Positions 17,821 through 26,722 of a DNA stretch of 64,000 nt are shown in pieces. Origin of the DNA: Candidatus Auribacterota bacterium (GTDB taxonomy: Bacteria > Auribacterota > Ancaeobacteria > Ancaeobacterales > Ancaeobacteraceae); contig JAKLEM010000002.1 of NCBI GenBank assembly GCA_022711655.1, forward strand, positions 1,098-65,097, in the 5' to 3' direction. The notes below the pieces were generated by a model. That model saw nothing but the letters and a program-made list of their open reading frames with translations, searched no databases and was not told the origin of the DNA. Position 1 is the stretch's first letter; each line of letters starts with the position of its first letter. A program made the position numbers and the translations under genes.

Positions 17821-18621
17821 CTACATGTATCCCAGGCTTCTCAGCTTCTGCATCGTATAGGCGTCTTCCTTGTCCTGCGCCCTGCCGCTCCGCTCCGCGA
17901 CGCGCGTCGTCTCCAGCTCTTTCACGATCTTCCTGATCGTATCGGCCCTGGAATCCACGGGGGCGCAGCATGATTCGCAGCCTATGCTCCGGTAGCGCTT
18001 GCCGCCTTTCTCGAAATAGAGGTCGACCACCGGCATCTTCTCCCGCTCGACATACCGCCAGATATCGAGCTCGGTCCAGTGAAGCATCGGGTGGATCCTG
18101 AAGTGCTGGCCGGCGTCGAGACCGGTCCGATAAAAGTCCCAGAGCTCGGCCGGCTGGTTGCGGTAATCCCACCCGAACGATATCGTCCGGGGAGAGAACA
18201 CCCGCTCCTTGGCGCGGATGCCGTGCTCGTCCCGGCGTATCCCCAGGAGGAGCGCGTTAAAGCCGTGTTCGCCGATGGTATTTTTGAGCGCTTCCGTCTT
18301 GAGGGCGTTGCAGCACTCCAGCTTCCCCGTCTTGGGGCTCATCCCCTTTTCAAGCGCGCCGCTGTTCCGGCTGATCATCAGATCGAGCCCCCATTCCTTC
18401 GCATACCTGTCCCTGAAGGCGTATATCTCTTTGAACTTGTAGCCCGTGTCGATGTGCAGTACCGGGAACGGGATCTGCCCGAAAAACGCCTTCCGGCAGA
18501 TCCAGAGGAGGGTCGTCGAGTCCTTGCCGATCGACCAGAGCATGGCGATATTCTTGAACCGGCTGTAGCTCTCGCGGACGATGTAGATGGTTTTATTCTC
18601 AAGCTGAGTGAGATAGTCCAT
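17821..18621 (-). CDS. cysD: Sulfate adenylyltransferase subunit 2
   Basis: ..NIAMLWSIGKDSTTLLWICRKAFFGQIPFPVLHIDTGYKFKEIYAFRD.. is the PAPS-reductase-fold CysD signature. Confidence 0.9.
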   Translation of the reverse strand: MDYLTQLENKTIYIVRESYSRFKNIAMLWSIGKDSTTLLWICRKAFFGQIPFPVLHIDTGYKFKEIYAFRDRYAKEWGLDLMISRNSGALEKGMSPKTGKLECCNALKTEALKNTIGEHGFNALLLGIRRDEHGIRAKERVFSPRTISFGWDYRNQPAELWDFYRTGLDAGQHFRIHPMLHWTELDIWRYVEREKMPVVDLYFEKGGKRYRSIGCESCCAPVDSRADTIRKIVKELETTRVAERSGRAQDKEDAYTMQKLRSLGYM

Positions 18622-18642
18622 AGCGCGCTCGCGTCATCAGGG

Positions 18643-19209
18643 TCAGGCCCGTGAGAGGTAGAATGTTACGCCTTTCTTTTCCATCCGGCCGGAGGCCCGG
18701 TCGATGGCGGGCTGGTCAATAGTGCAGCGGTCTTTGCGGAAAAGGAGACAGGTCGTCTTGCGGCCGCTCTTGCGGAGGATATCCATGCTCTCGAACATCT
18801 TGCGCCATTGGCTTTTCTCGCTCAGGTCCACGAAGATCACCGAGGCGATCTCCGGGTCGGCCTCAATCTGAGCCATTACGACCTTATCGATGGCCACCTG
18901 TTCGCCGCGCAGGTCTTTGACATCGTACGACTTGCCGGACTTCGCGACCGCGACCGGGGCGTTCTCCCCGGGGACGTCGTTTTTCACCATCAGGAGGGCA
19001 AGCGGCGCCGCGGCCGACGCCACGCTCGTCGCCGGGCCCACCAGGGAGAAAAGGCCGCCGATCAACGCCATCGGAAGGGATACCAGCAGGGACAGCAGCG
19101 CGGCGGGGGCCGCAAGGAGCGCACAGCCGTTGAGCTGAAACATCGCGAACGGCAGGAGCAGTATGACGATGAGCTGTTTGACTCTGCGCATGAGAGGATT
19201 GTAACCCAT
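18643..19209 (-). CDS. Hypothetical membrane/lipoprotein
   Basis: Lipobox-like LNGC, hydrophobic segments, then a soluble C-terminal domain. No family recognised. Confidence 0.5.
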   Translation of the reverse strand: MGYNPLMRRVKQLIVILLLPFAMFQLNGCALLAAPAALLSLLVSLPMALIGGLFSLVGPATSVASAAAPLALLMVKNDVPGENAPVAVAKSGKSYDVKDLRGEQVAIDKVVMAQIEADPEIASVIFVDLSEKSQWRKMFESMDILRKSGRKTTCLLFRKDRCTIDQPAIDRASGRMEKKGVTFYLSRA

Positions 19210-19352
19210 GGCCGAACGAAAGACAAATCAAAAAGCGGAATGTGCCGCAACAACCGGGTTATCTTCTCGACTTCGCTCGAAGAATAGCAGGAAAAATCAC
19301 CGGCATCCGCACTTCGCAGGGAACAGCATGCCTGTTCCCTGCCACGAATACC

Positions 19353-19892
19353 TTACCAACAGCGGCGCCGGTAGCCGTGTCCCCAGCCCCAGCCGCCGCC
19401 CCAGCCGCCTCTCCGCCAGCAGGGACCGCCGCCCCAACCGCTGTAATAACCGAAGCTGAACGACACCGGCGGAGGCGGGTCGTAATAATAGTCGCGGACT
19501 ATAACGGTCTCGGCCGGCGCAACGACGGTCGCGGCAGGAACAACATAAGTGACCGGCGACGCTTTCGGAATGGCCGTCGCCCGGCGAGCGGCGGGCGCGT
19601 TCTGCGCGTTGATCATGTAGTTGATGACGGCATCGCTCACCCCTTCGTTCTTGAGCGAGATGATGTCGTTGACCGAAAGGCGGAACGACGCGCCTGACTG
19701 GTCGATCTTGTTGATGATGACGCTGTCGCTGAGGCCCGCCTTGCTCATCTTGAGGACATCGAGCGGCGTCGCCGGTCCCTGGTCGTCAGCGGCAACAGGC
19801 ATGTCTGCCGGCAGCGCCTTCCTCACCTCGGCGGACGCATACGCGGCAACGGACAGCATGACGATAACTACGGCACTGGTGATGATTCTCAT
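19353..19892 (-). CDS. Secreted hypothetical protein with Gly/Trp/Arg-rich C-terminal tail
   Basis: Signal peptide MRIITSAVVIVMLSVAAYASA. Two G(L/V)SDxVIxxxI motifs. Tail GYYSGWGGGPCWRRGGWGGGWGWGHGYRRRCW. Confidence 0.55.
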   Translation of the reverse strand: MRIITSAVVIVMLSVAAYASAEVRKALPADMPVAADDQGPATPLDVLKMSKAGLSDSVIINKIDQSGASFRLSVNDIISLKNEGVSDAVINYMINAQNAPAARRATAIPKASPVTYVVPAATVVAPAETVIVRDYYYDPPPPVSFSFGYYSGWGGGPCWRRGGWGGGWGWGHGYRRRCW

Positions 19893-19966
19893 ACGGCACT
19901 CCTCCCTTTACAAGCGGTTGTCAGACGGAAAGTCCCGTCTTTCGCACATTATGACGGAGAGGCGCG

Positions 19967-20611
19967 CTAATAGGTTCCCTTTGTCAGGGCGCGATATTTC
20001 CTGTGACAGTCGGTGCAAAAATCGAAATCGAGGAAATCGACGTCCGAGACCTCTTTGACTATCCCCATGACGCACCGCGGCTTGTTACAGCTCCCGAGAC
20101 CGTATGTCTGAGCGATCGCGCGCACCGCCATCTTCTGGACCCTATCGGCGAACTTGTACCGGTCGGGTACCCGCTTGTAGAAATCCTCTCGCAGCCGCGT
20201 CATCGACACGACAGCCCTCCCCGTCCCAAGATTGGCGTCGTAATAGACGAACGGGGTGCCGGGCGCGAAGATGTCTGCATCGAGGACAACCAGCGTCCGC
20301 TCGTACCTGTTGGATTGGCCGATCTCGCGGAAGAGGTTATACCCTTCGAGCGCGTTCATTATCATCGTCGACGAGTACTGCAGCCGGTAGTTGTCGTACC
20401 CGTCCGACGGGAGGCGTATCTCCTCGCCGATGTCGGTGTCGCGGCCGAAGACGTGCGACACGGTCTGCTTCATGTCCTGCAAGATACCCCTGTCGACGGA
20501 CCCCGCGGGGATCAGGAGGATCCTCTTCTCGGCCGCGTCGGCGGCGTTTCGGCCATGCAGGCAGACGGCGGCCACGACTGCGCACAGAACGGCGATCACG
20601 AGCTTTTTCAT
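19967..20611 (-). CDS. Archaemetzincin-like protein lacking the catalytic HExxH (pseudo-peptidase), with signal peptide
   Basis: Trimmed to MKKLVIAVLCAVVAAV.. (ATG 20611, GGAG RBS). The C-terminus VRAIAQTYGLGSCNKPRCVM-x16-CTDC aligns with the archaemetzincin motif HExxHxxGx3Cx4CxMx17CxxC. His/Glu/His are replaced by Arg/Ala/Gln. Confidence 0.55.
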   Translation of the reverse strand: MKKLVIAVLCAVVAAVCLHGRNAADAAEKRILLIPAGSVDRGILQDMKQTVSHVFGRDTDIGEEIRLPSDGYDNYRLQYSSTMIMNALEGYNLFREIGQSNRYERTLVVLDADIFAPGTPFVYYDANLGTGRAVVSMTRLREDFYKRVPDRYKFADRVQKMAVRAIAQTYGLGSCNKPRCVMGIVKEVSDVDFLDFDFCTDCHRKYRALTKGTY

Positions 20612-20699
20612 AGCATCTCCTCTCACCTTGACATTTCTGACGCGCCGGCACACGGCGAGGCCGGGACACAGGCGCTCAAGCCTCGCCAATTCAGACGCA

Positions 20700-21086
20700 T
20701 TATTTCCTGATATGTTCGGCGATCGTCTTGAGCAGCGTTTCGCTTTTGATCGGCTTCTCGAGGACCGCCCTGACGTTCAGCCATTCTTCGTTGGGCTCGA
20801 AGCCGAACGGCAGGTTGAGGTCGTTGCGGATGCCGGTGATGAGGACGACCGGCGTGCCGCCGAGCGCCTTGTCCTCGTGCAGCTTGCGAGCGACGTCGAA
20901 CCCCTCGGTGCGCTGGCGCATCATCACGTCGAGCAGGATGATGTCAGGGGCGCCGCTCTTCGCCTTCGCGAAGCCGGCCTCCCCGTCGTACGCGCAGCTC
21001 ACCGCGTACCCCTTGGCGTCGAGCAGGACGCTCATCGCCTCGACGAAATCGACGTCGTCGTCTATGATCAATACTTTATTCGCCAT
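20700..21086 (-). CDS. Single-domain response regulator (CheY-like receiver)
   Basis: KVLIIDDDVDF.. ..PDIILLDVMM.. receiver residues. 128 aa with no output domain. Confidence 0.85.
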   Translation of the reverse strand: MANKVLIIDDDVDFVEAMSVLLDAKGYAVSCAYDGEAGFAKAKSGAPDIILLDVMMRQRTEGFDVARKLHEDKALGGTPVVLITGIRNDLNLPFGFEPNEEWLNVRAVLEKPIKSETLLKTIAEHIRK

Positions 21087-21115
21087 TTTTGCTTCCTCCT
21101 ATTGAAGTAGCATAC

Positions 21116-22405
21116 TTAATTATCGGCGTTAACGCCACTATCTTTTGTCGCCGCCCGGCTGCGCTGGCGGCGGAATTCCTCAGCGGCGGCCGGGAACGGC
21201 GACAGTACGCGCCCGAGCACCCCCTGCACGTGCGAGATGCAGATACCGTAATTGGTGACGGCGACGCCGCGCTCCCTCGCCCGCCGGATCCGCCAGAGCA
21301 TCTCCCGGCGCGTCAGCATGCACCCTCCGCAATGGATCACCAGCTTGTACGATTCAAGATCGGCCGGGTAGTCACGGCCGGAAAAGGTGTCGATACAAAC
21401 GTCTTTCCCCAGGTACTGTCGAAGCCAGCGCGGTATCTTGACCCTGCCGATATCGTCTTCGAGCGGATGGTGGCTGCACGATTCCGCGACCAAAACCCTG
21501 TCTTTTGCCGAGAGGCGGTCGATCGCGGCGGCGCCGCGTACCATCTCGACCAGGTCGCCCTTATTGCGCGAGAACAATATCGAGAAGGTGGTGCAGCGGA
21601 CGCCGGGCGGCGTGTCGGCTACCATTTTCAGGACGACCTGCGAATCGCAGACGACCAGGTCGGGCGGCCTCTTCATATTGGCGAGCGCCGCTGCGTACTC
21701 CCGCTCCTTGACGACAAGCACCGACGCGTCGTTGTCGAGCGCGTCCCTGATCGCCTGCACCTGGGGAAGGATGAGCCGCCCCTTCGGCGCCTGCAGGTCG
21801 ATCGGCACGATCATGACGGCGGTGCCGCATGAAGGGACTAAATCGCCGAGAAGCGCCGGGGCGTTCAGGAAATCGTCGGGACATACCTTTATGAGCAGCC
21901 CCTTGAATGCGTCGACGGCATGTTCGCGGGCGCCGGCGTCGGCGCAGGAGCATGTCATACAGCCGGCGGACAGCCCGGAAACGGTTTGCATGAAATCATC
22001 GCGGGGGGGGTGCCGGTCGATCTTGTTGACGACGACGATCAGCGGCGCGGCGTGCCGGCGCGCTTCGGAGGCAACCCGCTCTTCGAACTCGCCCCAGGCC
22101 CCGGGCTCGACGACCAGCACATATATGTCGGCGCGGGGAAAGATCTTCTCGGTTTTTTCGAGACGCCTGCCGGCGAGCCCGGAAACGTCGTCGAGGCCCG
22201 CCGTATCGAGGAACAGCACCGGGCCGATCGGCAATAGCTCCATCGGCTTCTCGACGACATCGGTCGTCGTCCCGGGGACCGGCGAGGTGATCGCGATATC
22301 CTGTCCGGCGATATAATTCAGGAAGCTCGACTTCCCGACATTGGTCCTGCCGAAGATGCCGATCTGGAGGCGCAGCGATTTAGGCGTCTTTTCGTTCATG
22401 GTCAT
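21116..22405 (-). CDS. hydF: [FeFe]-hydrogenase maturation GTPase HydF
   Basis: GTPase motifs GRTNVGKSS, DTAGLDD, NKID. C-terminal cluster motif CSHH...HCGGC. The start (22405 or 22399) overlaps the end of the aspA-like gene. Confidence 0.85.
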   Translation of the reverse strand: MTMNEKTPKSLRLQIGIFGRTNVGKSSFLNYIAGQDIAITSPVPGTTTDVVEKPMELLPIGPVLFLDTAGLDDVSGLAGRRLEKTEKIFPRADIYVLVVEPGAWGEFEERVASEARRHAAPLIVVVNKIDRHPPRDDFMQTVSGLSAGCMTCSCADAGAREHAVDAFKGLLIKVCPDDFLNAPALLGDLVPSCGTAVMIVPIDLQAPKGRLILPQVQAIRDALDNDASVLVVKEREYAAALANMKRPPDLVVCDSQVVLKMVADTPPGVRCTTFSILFSRNKGDLVEMVRGAAAIDRLSAKDRVLVAESCSHHPLEDDIGRVKIPRWLRQYLGKDVCIDTFSGRDYPADLESYKLVIHCGGCMLTRREMLWRIRRARERGVAVTNYGICISHVQGVLGRVLSPFPAAAEEFRRQRSRAATKDSGVNADN

Positions 22406-23774
22406 ACCCCAGAGAGGTGAGGCGTTCCGGCGAAAGGAGATCGTCGATCGCGGCGCGCCCCAGCGCGCGGGCAAGGAACGCCCTGACGTCTGTCTCGCCC
22501 GATGCGCCGAATTCTTTCACCAGCGCCGCGGCGCGGTCGTATCCGACAGCCGGCAGCAGCGCGGTCACGATGGAAACGCTCCGGTCTACGGTCTCCCGGC
22601 ATCGCTCCTCGCCGTGGCGGATACTACGGACATGACCCGCCAGGATCTCGTCGGCCCGCCGCAGGAGCCCGAGCGACTCGAGGAGCGCATGCGCCGCCAG
22701 CGGGAGGAACTCGCTTATCTGAAGCGTCCCGCGGGACACGGCGTCGGCCACCAGCGCGTCGTTGGCCACCGCTTTCATCCCCGCCTGGATCGCCATCTCG
22801 CATATCACCGGGTTGACCTTGCCCGGCATGATCGACGAGCCCGCCTGCGCGGCGGGGAGGGCGATCTCGCCCGAGAGGTTCATCAGGCGCAGGTCGCCCG
22901 CGATCTTGATCAGGTTTACCGCGTGCGCCTTGAGGATCGCCGAGGCCTCGACGAAGGGGTCGGCGTTCGCGGTCTCGTCGACCAGGTTGTCGGCGCGCGC
23001 GAGCCCGAGACCGGTGATCTCACGCAGCCGTTCGACTGCCAGAAAGATGAACTGCCGCGGCGCCGTCAGGCCGGTGCCGACCGCGGTCCCGCCGAGGTTC
23101 ACCACGCGGAGCCGCTCTTCGCACTTGAAGGTCCGCCATCGGTCGCGGCCGAGCGCTCCCGCGAAACCGGAAAACACCGCGCCGAGCGTCATCGGGACCG
23201 CTTCCTGGAGCTCGGTCTTCCCTACCATGACGACGCGGGCAAACTCCTTCTCTTTTTGCTGGAAGGCCCCCTGAAGATCCTCTGCGGCTTTGCTCAGGGA
23301 ACGGAACCCCCGGATTGCGGCGATCTTCAGCGCCGTGGGATAGACATCGTTGGTCGACTGGTGGCGGTTGACGTCCTCGATCGGGTGGACCAGCGCGTAA
23401 TCGCCTTTTGTTCCGCCGAGCAGTTCGATGGCGCGGTTGGCGATCACCTCGTTGACGTTCATGTTGGTCGAGGTCCCGGCGCCGCCCTGCAGCGCGTCGA
23501 GGGGGAACTGATCCGAGAATCCGCCCGCGGCGATCTCGTCGCACGCGCGGAGCATAGCCGATTCTTTATCGGCGCCGAGGAAGCCGAGCTCGCGGTTCGC
23601 CCGGGCGCAGGCCTTTTTCACCGCCGCCAGCGCCTGTATCAGCGCCGGGGCGACGCGCAGGCCGCTCACGGAAAAGTTCTCGAGGGCGCGGACGGTATGG
23701 ATGCCGTAGAAGGCGTCCGGCGGGACGCGCCGCTCGCCCAGCAGGTCTCGCTCGATCCTGTTATTCGAATTCAT
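22380..23774 (-). CDS. Aspartate ammonia-lyase / class II fumarase family protein embedded in the hyd maturation genes
   Basis: 464 aa. Family signature GSSIMPGKVNPV. Confidence 0.8.
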   Translation of the reverse strand: MNSNNRIERDLLGERRVPPDAFYGIHTVRALENFSVSGLRVAPALIQALAAVKKACARANRELGFLGADKESAMLRACDEIAAGGFSDQFPLDALQGGAGTSTNMNVNEVIANRAIELLGGTKGDYALVHPIEDVNRHQSTNDVYPTALKIAAIRGFRSLSKAAEDLQGAFQQKEKEFARVVMVGKTELQEAVPMTLGAVFSGFAGALGRDRWRTFKCEERLRVVNLGGTAVGTGLTAPRQFIFLAVERLREITGLGLARADNLVDETANADPFVEASAILKAHAVNLIKIAGDLRLMNLSGEIALPAAQAGSSIMPGKVNPVICEMAIQAGMKAVANDALVADAVSRGTLQISEFLPLAAHALLESLGLLRRADEILAGHVRSIRHGEERCRETVDRSVSIVTALLPAVGYDRAAALVKEFGASGETDVRAFLARALGRAAIDDLLSPERLTSLGYDHERKDA

Positions 23775-23849
23775 GACACGCCCCTTGAGAGAAAGAAGCC
23801 GGGACGTTTATCCCCCGCCCCGGCCTCTTCTTTCCGATACAACGCCCGA

Positions 23850-24107
23850 CTATTTCATCGCGATCTCGACAAGCTTGGTCTTCACGCCCTTGATGAGGTT
23901 CAGCTTGCGGGCCATCTCCTTGATCTTCGCGGGCGCGCCGACGAGCTCGAGGATCAGGAGGCCGTGGTTGGAGCACTTGTCGAGGACGCCGTCGTGTATG
24001 CCGAGGCGCGTCTTGATGAGGCAGCCCCAGAACGTCAGGATCTGCTGGACCTTCGGCGCCTCTTCTTTTCTCTTGTCCACCATCACGATCAGGATCGTCT
24101 TCTTCAT
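23850..24107 (-). CDS. TM1266-type small putative iron-only hydrogenase system regulator (ACT/NikR-C-like)
   Basis: Trimmed to MKKTILIVMVDKRKEEAPKVQQILTFWGCLIKTRLGIHDG... ATGA overlap with the hydE stop (24104..24107). Confidence 0.7.
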   Translation of the reverse strand: MKKTILIVMVDKRKEEAPKVQQILTFWGCLIKTRLGIHDGVLDKCSNHGLLILELVGAPAKIKEMARKLNLIKGVKTKLVEIAMK

Positions 24108-25216
24108 CTGCCGCCCTCCTTTTGGTTTTTTTTCAACGAATCGCCTTTGCCGTAATCGACGCACCTGCCGATCGACTTCGCCATCCCCTCGATGCAGAAG
24201 GCGCACTGGCCGACCGGCTCCTCCACGCAGCGCTTGTCCGGGTAGATCTCGTACATCTTGCGGTACGGCGAGGGCGTGAAGTTCGGCATCATCACGTTCG
24301 CACCGGCTTTGAGGCCGTCTATCCGGTGGTCTTTTCCCATGCTCCCCAGCGCCGTGGTCGCGGGCAGATGCGCGTTCTTCGTCACGATCCGCGTCAGCGC
24401 GACCGCCTTGAGGACCATGTCGACCGAGCCCCGCGCCTGACCGGCGAGCGCGGTCTGCCCGTGCGGGATGAACGGGCCGATCCCTATCATATCAAAATCG
24501 TTCTCTTTGAAGAACAGGATATCGCGCGCGATCGCCAGGGGGGTCTGCCCGGGGAGCCCGATCAGGTCGCCCGAACCGGTCTGGTAGCCGAGCTCTTTCA
24601 GGTCGCGCAGGCACCTGAGCCTGTTACCGAAGCTCATGCCGGGGTGGAGCGCCGCGTAGAGCTTTTCGTCGGTGGTCTCGATCTTGAGGAGATAGCGGTC
24701 GGCCCCCGCCTCGCGCCACAACGCGTACGCGTCGCGGCTCTTTTCGCCGACCGAAAGGGTGACCGAGACGTCGAACCGGGACTTGACGTCGCGGACGACC
24801 TCGGCGAACAAGGCGGGGTCGAGCTTCGACGACTCGCCGGACTGCAGGACGACCGTTTTGAGGTTGTGAGACACGACCCGTCCAACGCTCTCGATAATTT
24901 CTTCTCGCGACAGCGTGAAACGCGGCAGCCTCGCGTTGTTCCTGTTCAGGCCGCAGTAGTGGCAGGTCCCGTCGCACTCGTTGGAGAACTCGACGATCCC
25001 CCGCAGGAGGATCCCCTCGCCCATCTGCTCCTGACGGACGCGGTCGGCGAAGGCGTAGATCTTTTCGAGGTCGCTCTTATCGGTTACGGAGAGCAGCGCG
25101 ACGAGATCCTCGAGGGACGGGCGATCCGCCGACGAGACCCGCGCAAGGGTCTGTTCGAACTCCATCTGGTTGCTTATTTCCTTCATCGATACACCGCCTA
25201 ATGACCAATGATCCAA
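24104..25216 (-). CDS. hydE: [FeFe]-hydrogenase maturase HydE (radical SAM)
   Basis: CDGTCHYCGL radical-SAM motif, BioB-like, in hyd gene context. The start may be the internal MKEISN.. at 25186. Confidence 0.85.
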   Translation of the reverse strand: MDHWSLGGVSMKEISNQMEFEQTLARVSSADRPSLEDLVALLSVTDKSDLEKIYAFADRVRQEQMGEGILLRGIVEFSNECDGTCHYCGLNRNNARLPRFTLSREEIIESVGRVVSHNLKTVVLQSGESSKLDPALFAEVVRDVKSRFDVSVTLSVGEKSRDAYALWREAGADRYLLKIETTDEKLYAALHPGMSFGNRLRCLRDLKELGYQTGSGDLIGLPGQTPLAIARDILFFKENDFDMIGIGPFIPHGQTALAGQARGSVDMVLKAVALTRIVTKNAHLPATTALGSMGKDHRIDGLKAGANVMMPNFTPSPYRKMYEIYPDKRCVEEPVGQCAFCIEGMAKSIGRCVDYGKGDSLKKNQKEGGR

Positions 25217-25274
25217 TGTCCAACAAGGTATTCGATGAGGATATGGTCATTGGATCATTGGACATTGGTCATTA
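25199..25274. repeat. CCAATG/CATTGG heptad palindromic repeat, copy A (hydE-hydG intergenic)
   Basis: Left arm taATGACCAATGATCCAATGTCCAA, about 20-nt spacer, right arm GGTCATTGGATCATTGGACATTGGTCATT. The arms are imperfect inverted repeats. Confidence 0.8.
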
Positions 25275-26672
25275 TCACACATACGTGTCTCGGGCGCCCT
25301 TGTCGACCGCGTCGAGATAGCGCTTGAGCTCGGCCTTGCCTTCGTCGTCGAGCGCAGCCTTCAGCTTCTCGATCATCCGGTAGCCGTCCTCTTTGACCTT
25401 CTTGGACGCGAAATCGTCGAGGTACTCTTTCAGGGTGATCACCGCGTTGAGCGCGCACTTTTCCTTGATCAGCCCCGGCTTCGCCAGGTCCATGAAATGC
25501 CCGCCCGTCCGCTCCTTGCGGTAGCAGGCCGCGCAGAAGCTGGGGATAAAGCCATGCGCGATGATCGACGCGATCACCTCATCAAGCGAACGGTGATCGT
25601 TCAACGAGAACTGCGTCCCGGGCTGACACGTCTCGCGCGCATCGGCATATCCGCCCGGCGACGTGCTCGATGCCGCACTGACCTGCGACACACCCAGGGT
25701 GAATAGCTCGTCGCGCATCTGCGCGGTCTCGCGGGTCGACAGGATGATGCCCGTGTACGGGACCGCGAGGCGCAACACCGCAACGACCTTCTTGAAATCG
25801 CTGTCGGACACCCGGTGCGGGATGTTCCTGCTCAAGGCGGACCCGTCGGCCGGCTCGATCCGCGGCACCGATATCGTATGCGGGCCGACGCCGAAGGTCC
25901 TCTCCAGATGCTCGATGTGCATCATAAGGGCCAGCGTCTCGAACCGGAAATCGTACAACCCGTAGAGGACCCCGACACCGACATCGTCGATGCCGGCCTT
26001 GAACGCGCGGTCGATCGCATCGATACGGTTGTCCGGATCGCTCTTGGGACCGCGCACGTGCACCTTCCGGTAGGTCTCCTCGTGGTAGGTTTCCTGGAAA
26101 AGCTGGAACGTCCCGATCCCCGCCGTTTTCAAGACCTTGAACTCGTCGACAGAGAGCGGCGCGCAGTTGATGTTCACCCGCCGGATCCGGTGCGGACCGA
26201 CCTGCACCGAATACACCGCGTCGATCGCTTCCCGGTAATAATCGACCGGGGTCCTTCCCGACGGGGCCGACTCACCCGCGACCACCAACACCCGCTTGTG
26301 CCCGCGCTGCAAGAGCGACGCGACCTCCGTCTTGATCTCGTCTGCGGTCAGCGCCTTGCGCGTTAACTGGCGGTTCCCCGCCTGGAACGCGCAGTAGAGG
26401 CAGCTGTTCGAGCAGAAGTTGCTGATATACAGCGGCGCGAACAGGACCACCCGCTTCCCGTAGATCGTGTCCTTCACATAGGCCGCCGCGTCGAATATCT
26501 TGCGGACGGACGCAGGGTCGTCCGCGCACAGCAGCAACGCCGTTTCCTCGAGCGTCAGCCGCTTGAGGGCGCGGCTCTTCGCAAGGATCGCGTCGATATC
26601 GCCGGCGGTCGCCTTACCGGCGACCGCCAGGAGATTGCCGATCCGTTTTTCGTCGATATGTATCATAAGCAC
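25275..26672 (-). CDS. hydG: [FeFe]-hydrogenase maturase HydG (radical SAM tyrosine lyase)
   Basis: FCSNSCLYCAF radical-SAM motif, ThiH-like body, C-terminal Cys motif SFCAACYRK..(x)..KCALN. Confidence 0.9.
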   Translation of the reverse strand: MLMIHIDEKRIGNLLAVAGKATAGDIDAILAKSRALKRLTLEETALLLCADDPASVRKIFDAAAYVKDTIYGKRVVLFAPLYISNFCSNSCLYCAFQAGNRQLTRKALTADEIKTEVASLLQRGHKRVLVVAGESAPSGRTPVDYYREAIDAVYSVQVGPHRIRRVNINCAPLSVDEFKVLKTAGIGTFQLFQETYHEETYRKVHVRGPKSDPDNRIDAIDRAFKAGIDDVGVGVLYGLYDFRFETLALMMHIEHLERTFGVGPHTISVPRIEPADGSALSRNIPHRVSDSDFKKVVAVLRLAVPYTGIILSTRETAQMRDELFTLGVSQVSAASSTSPGGYADARETCQPGTQFSLNDHRSLDEVIASIIAHGFIPSFCAACYRKERTGGHFMDLAKPGLIKEKCALNAVITLKEYLDDFASKKVKEDGYRMIEKLKAALDDEGKAELKRYLDAVDKGARDTYV

Positions 26673-26722
26673 GCACCGCTTTCTCTCTGCAGCGGGTGAC
26701 CGGGCAGCGGTTTTTCCGCACC

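Noticed and set aside
16973-18172. N-terminal extensions of several track ORFs: 16973..18172, 46004..47152, 53838..56057, 29095..30945, 19967..20689, 23850..24206 and 40941..42662
   Set aside because: The extended parts overlap upstream genes or repeats and are Arg-rich. Internal ATGs with an RBS give proper signal peptides or family N-termini, so the genes were trimmed to those starts.
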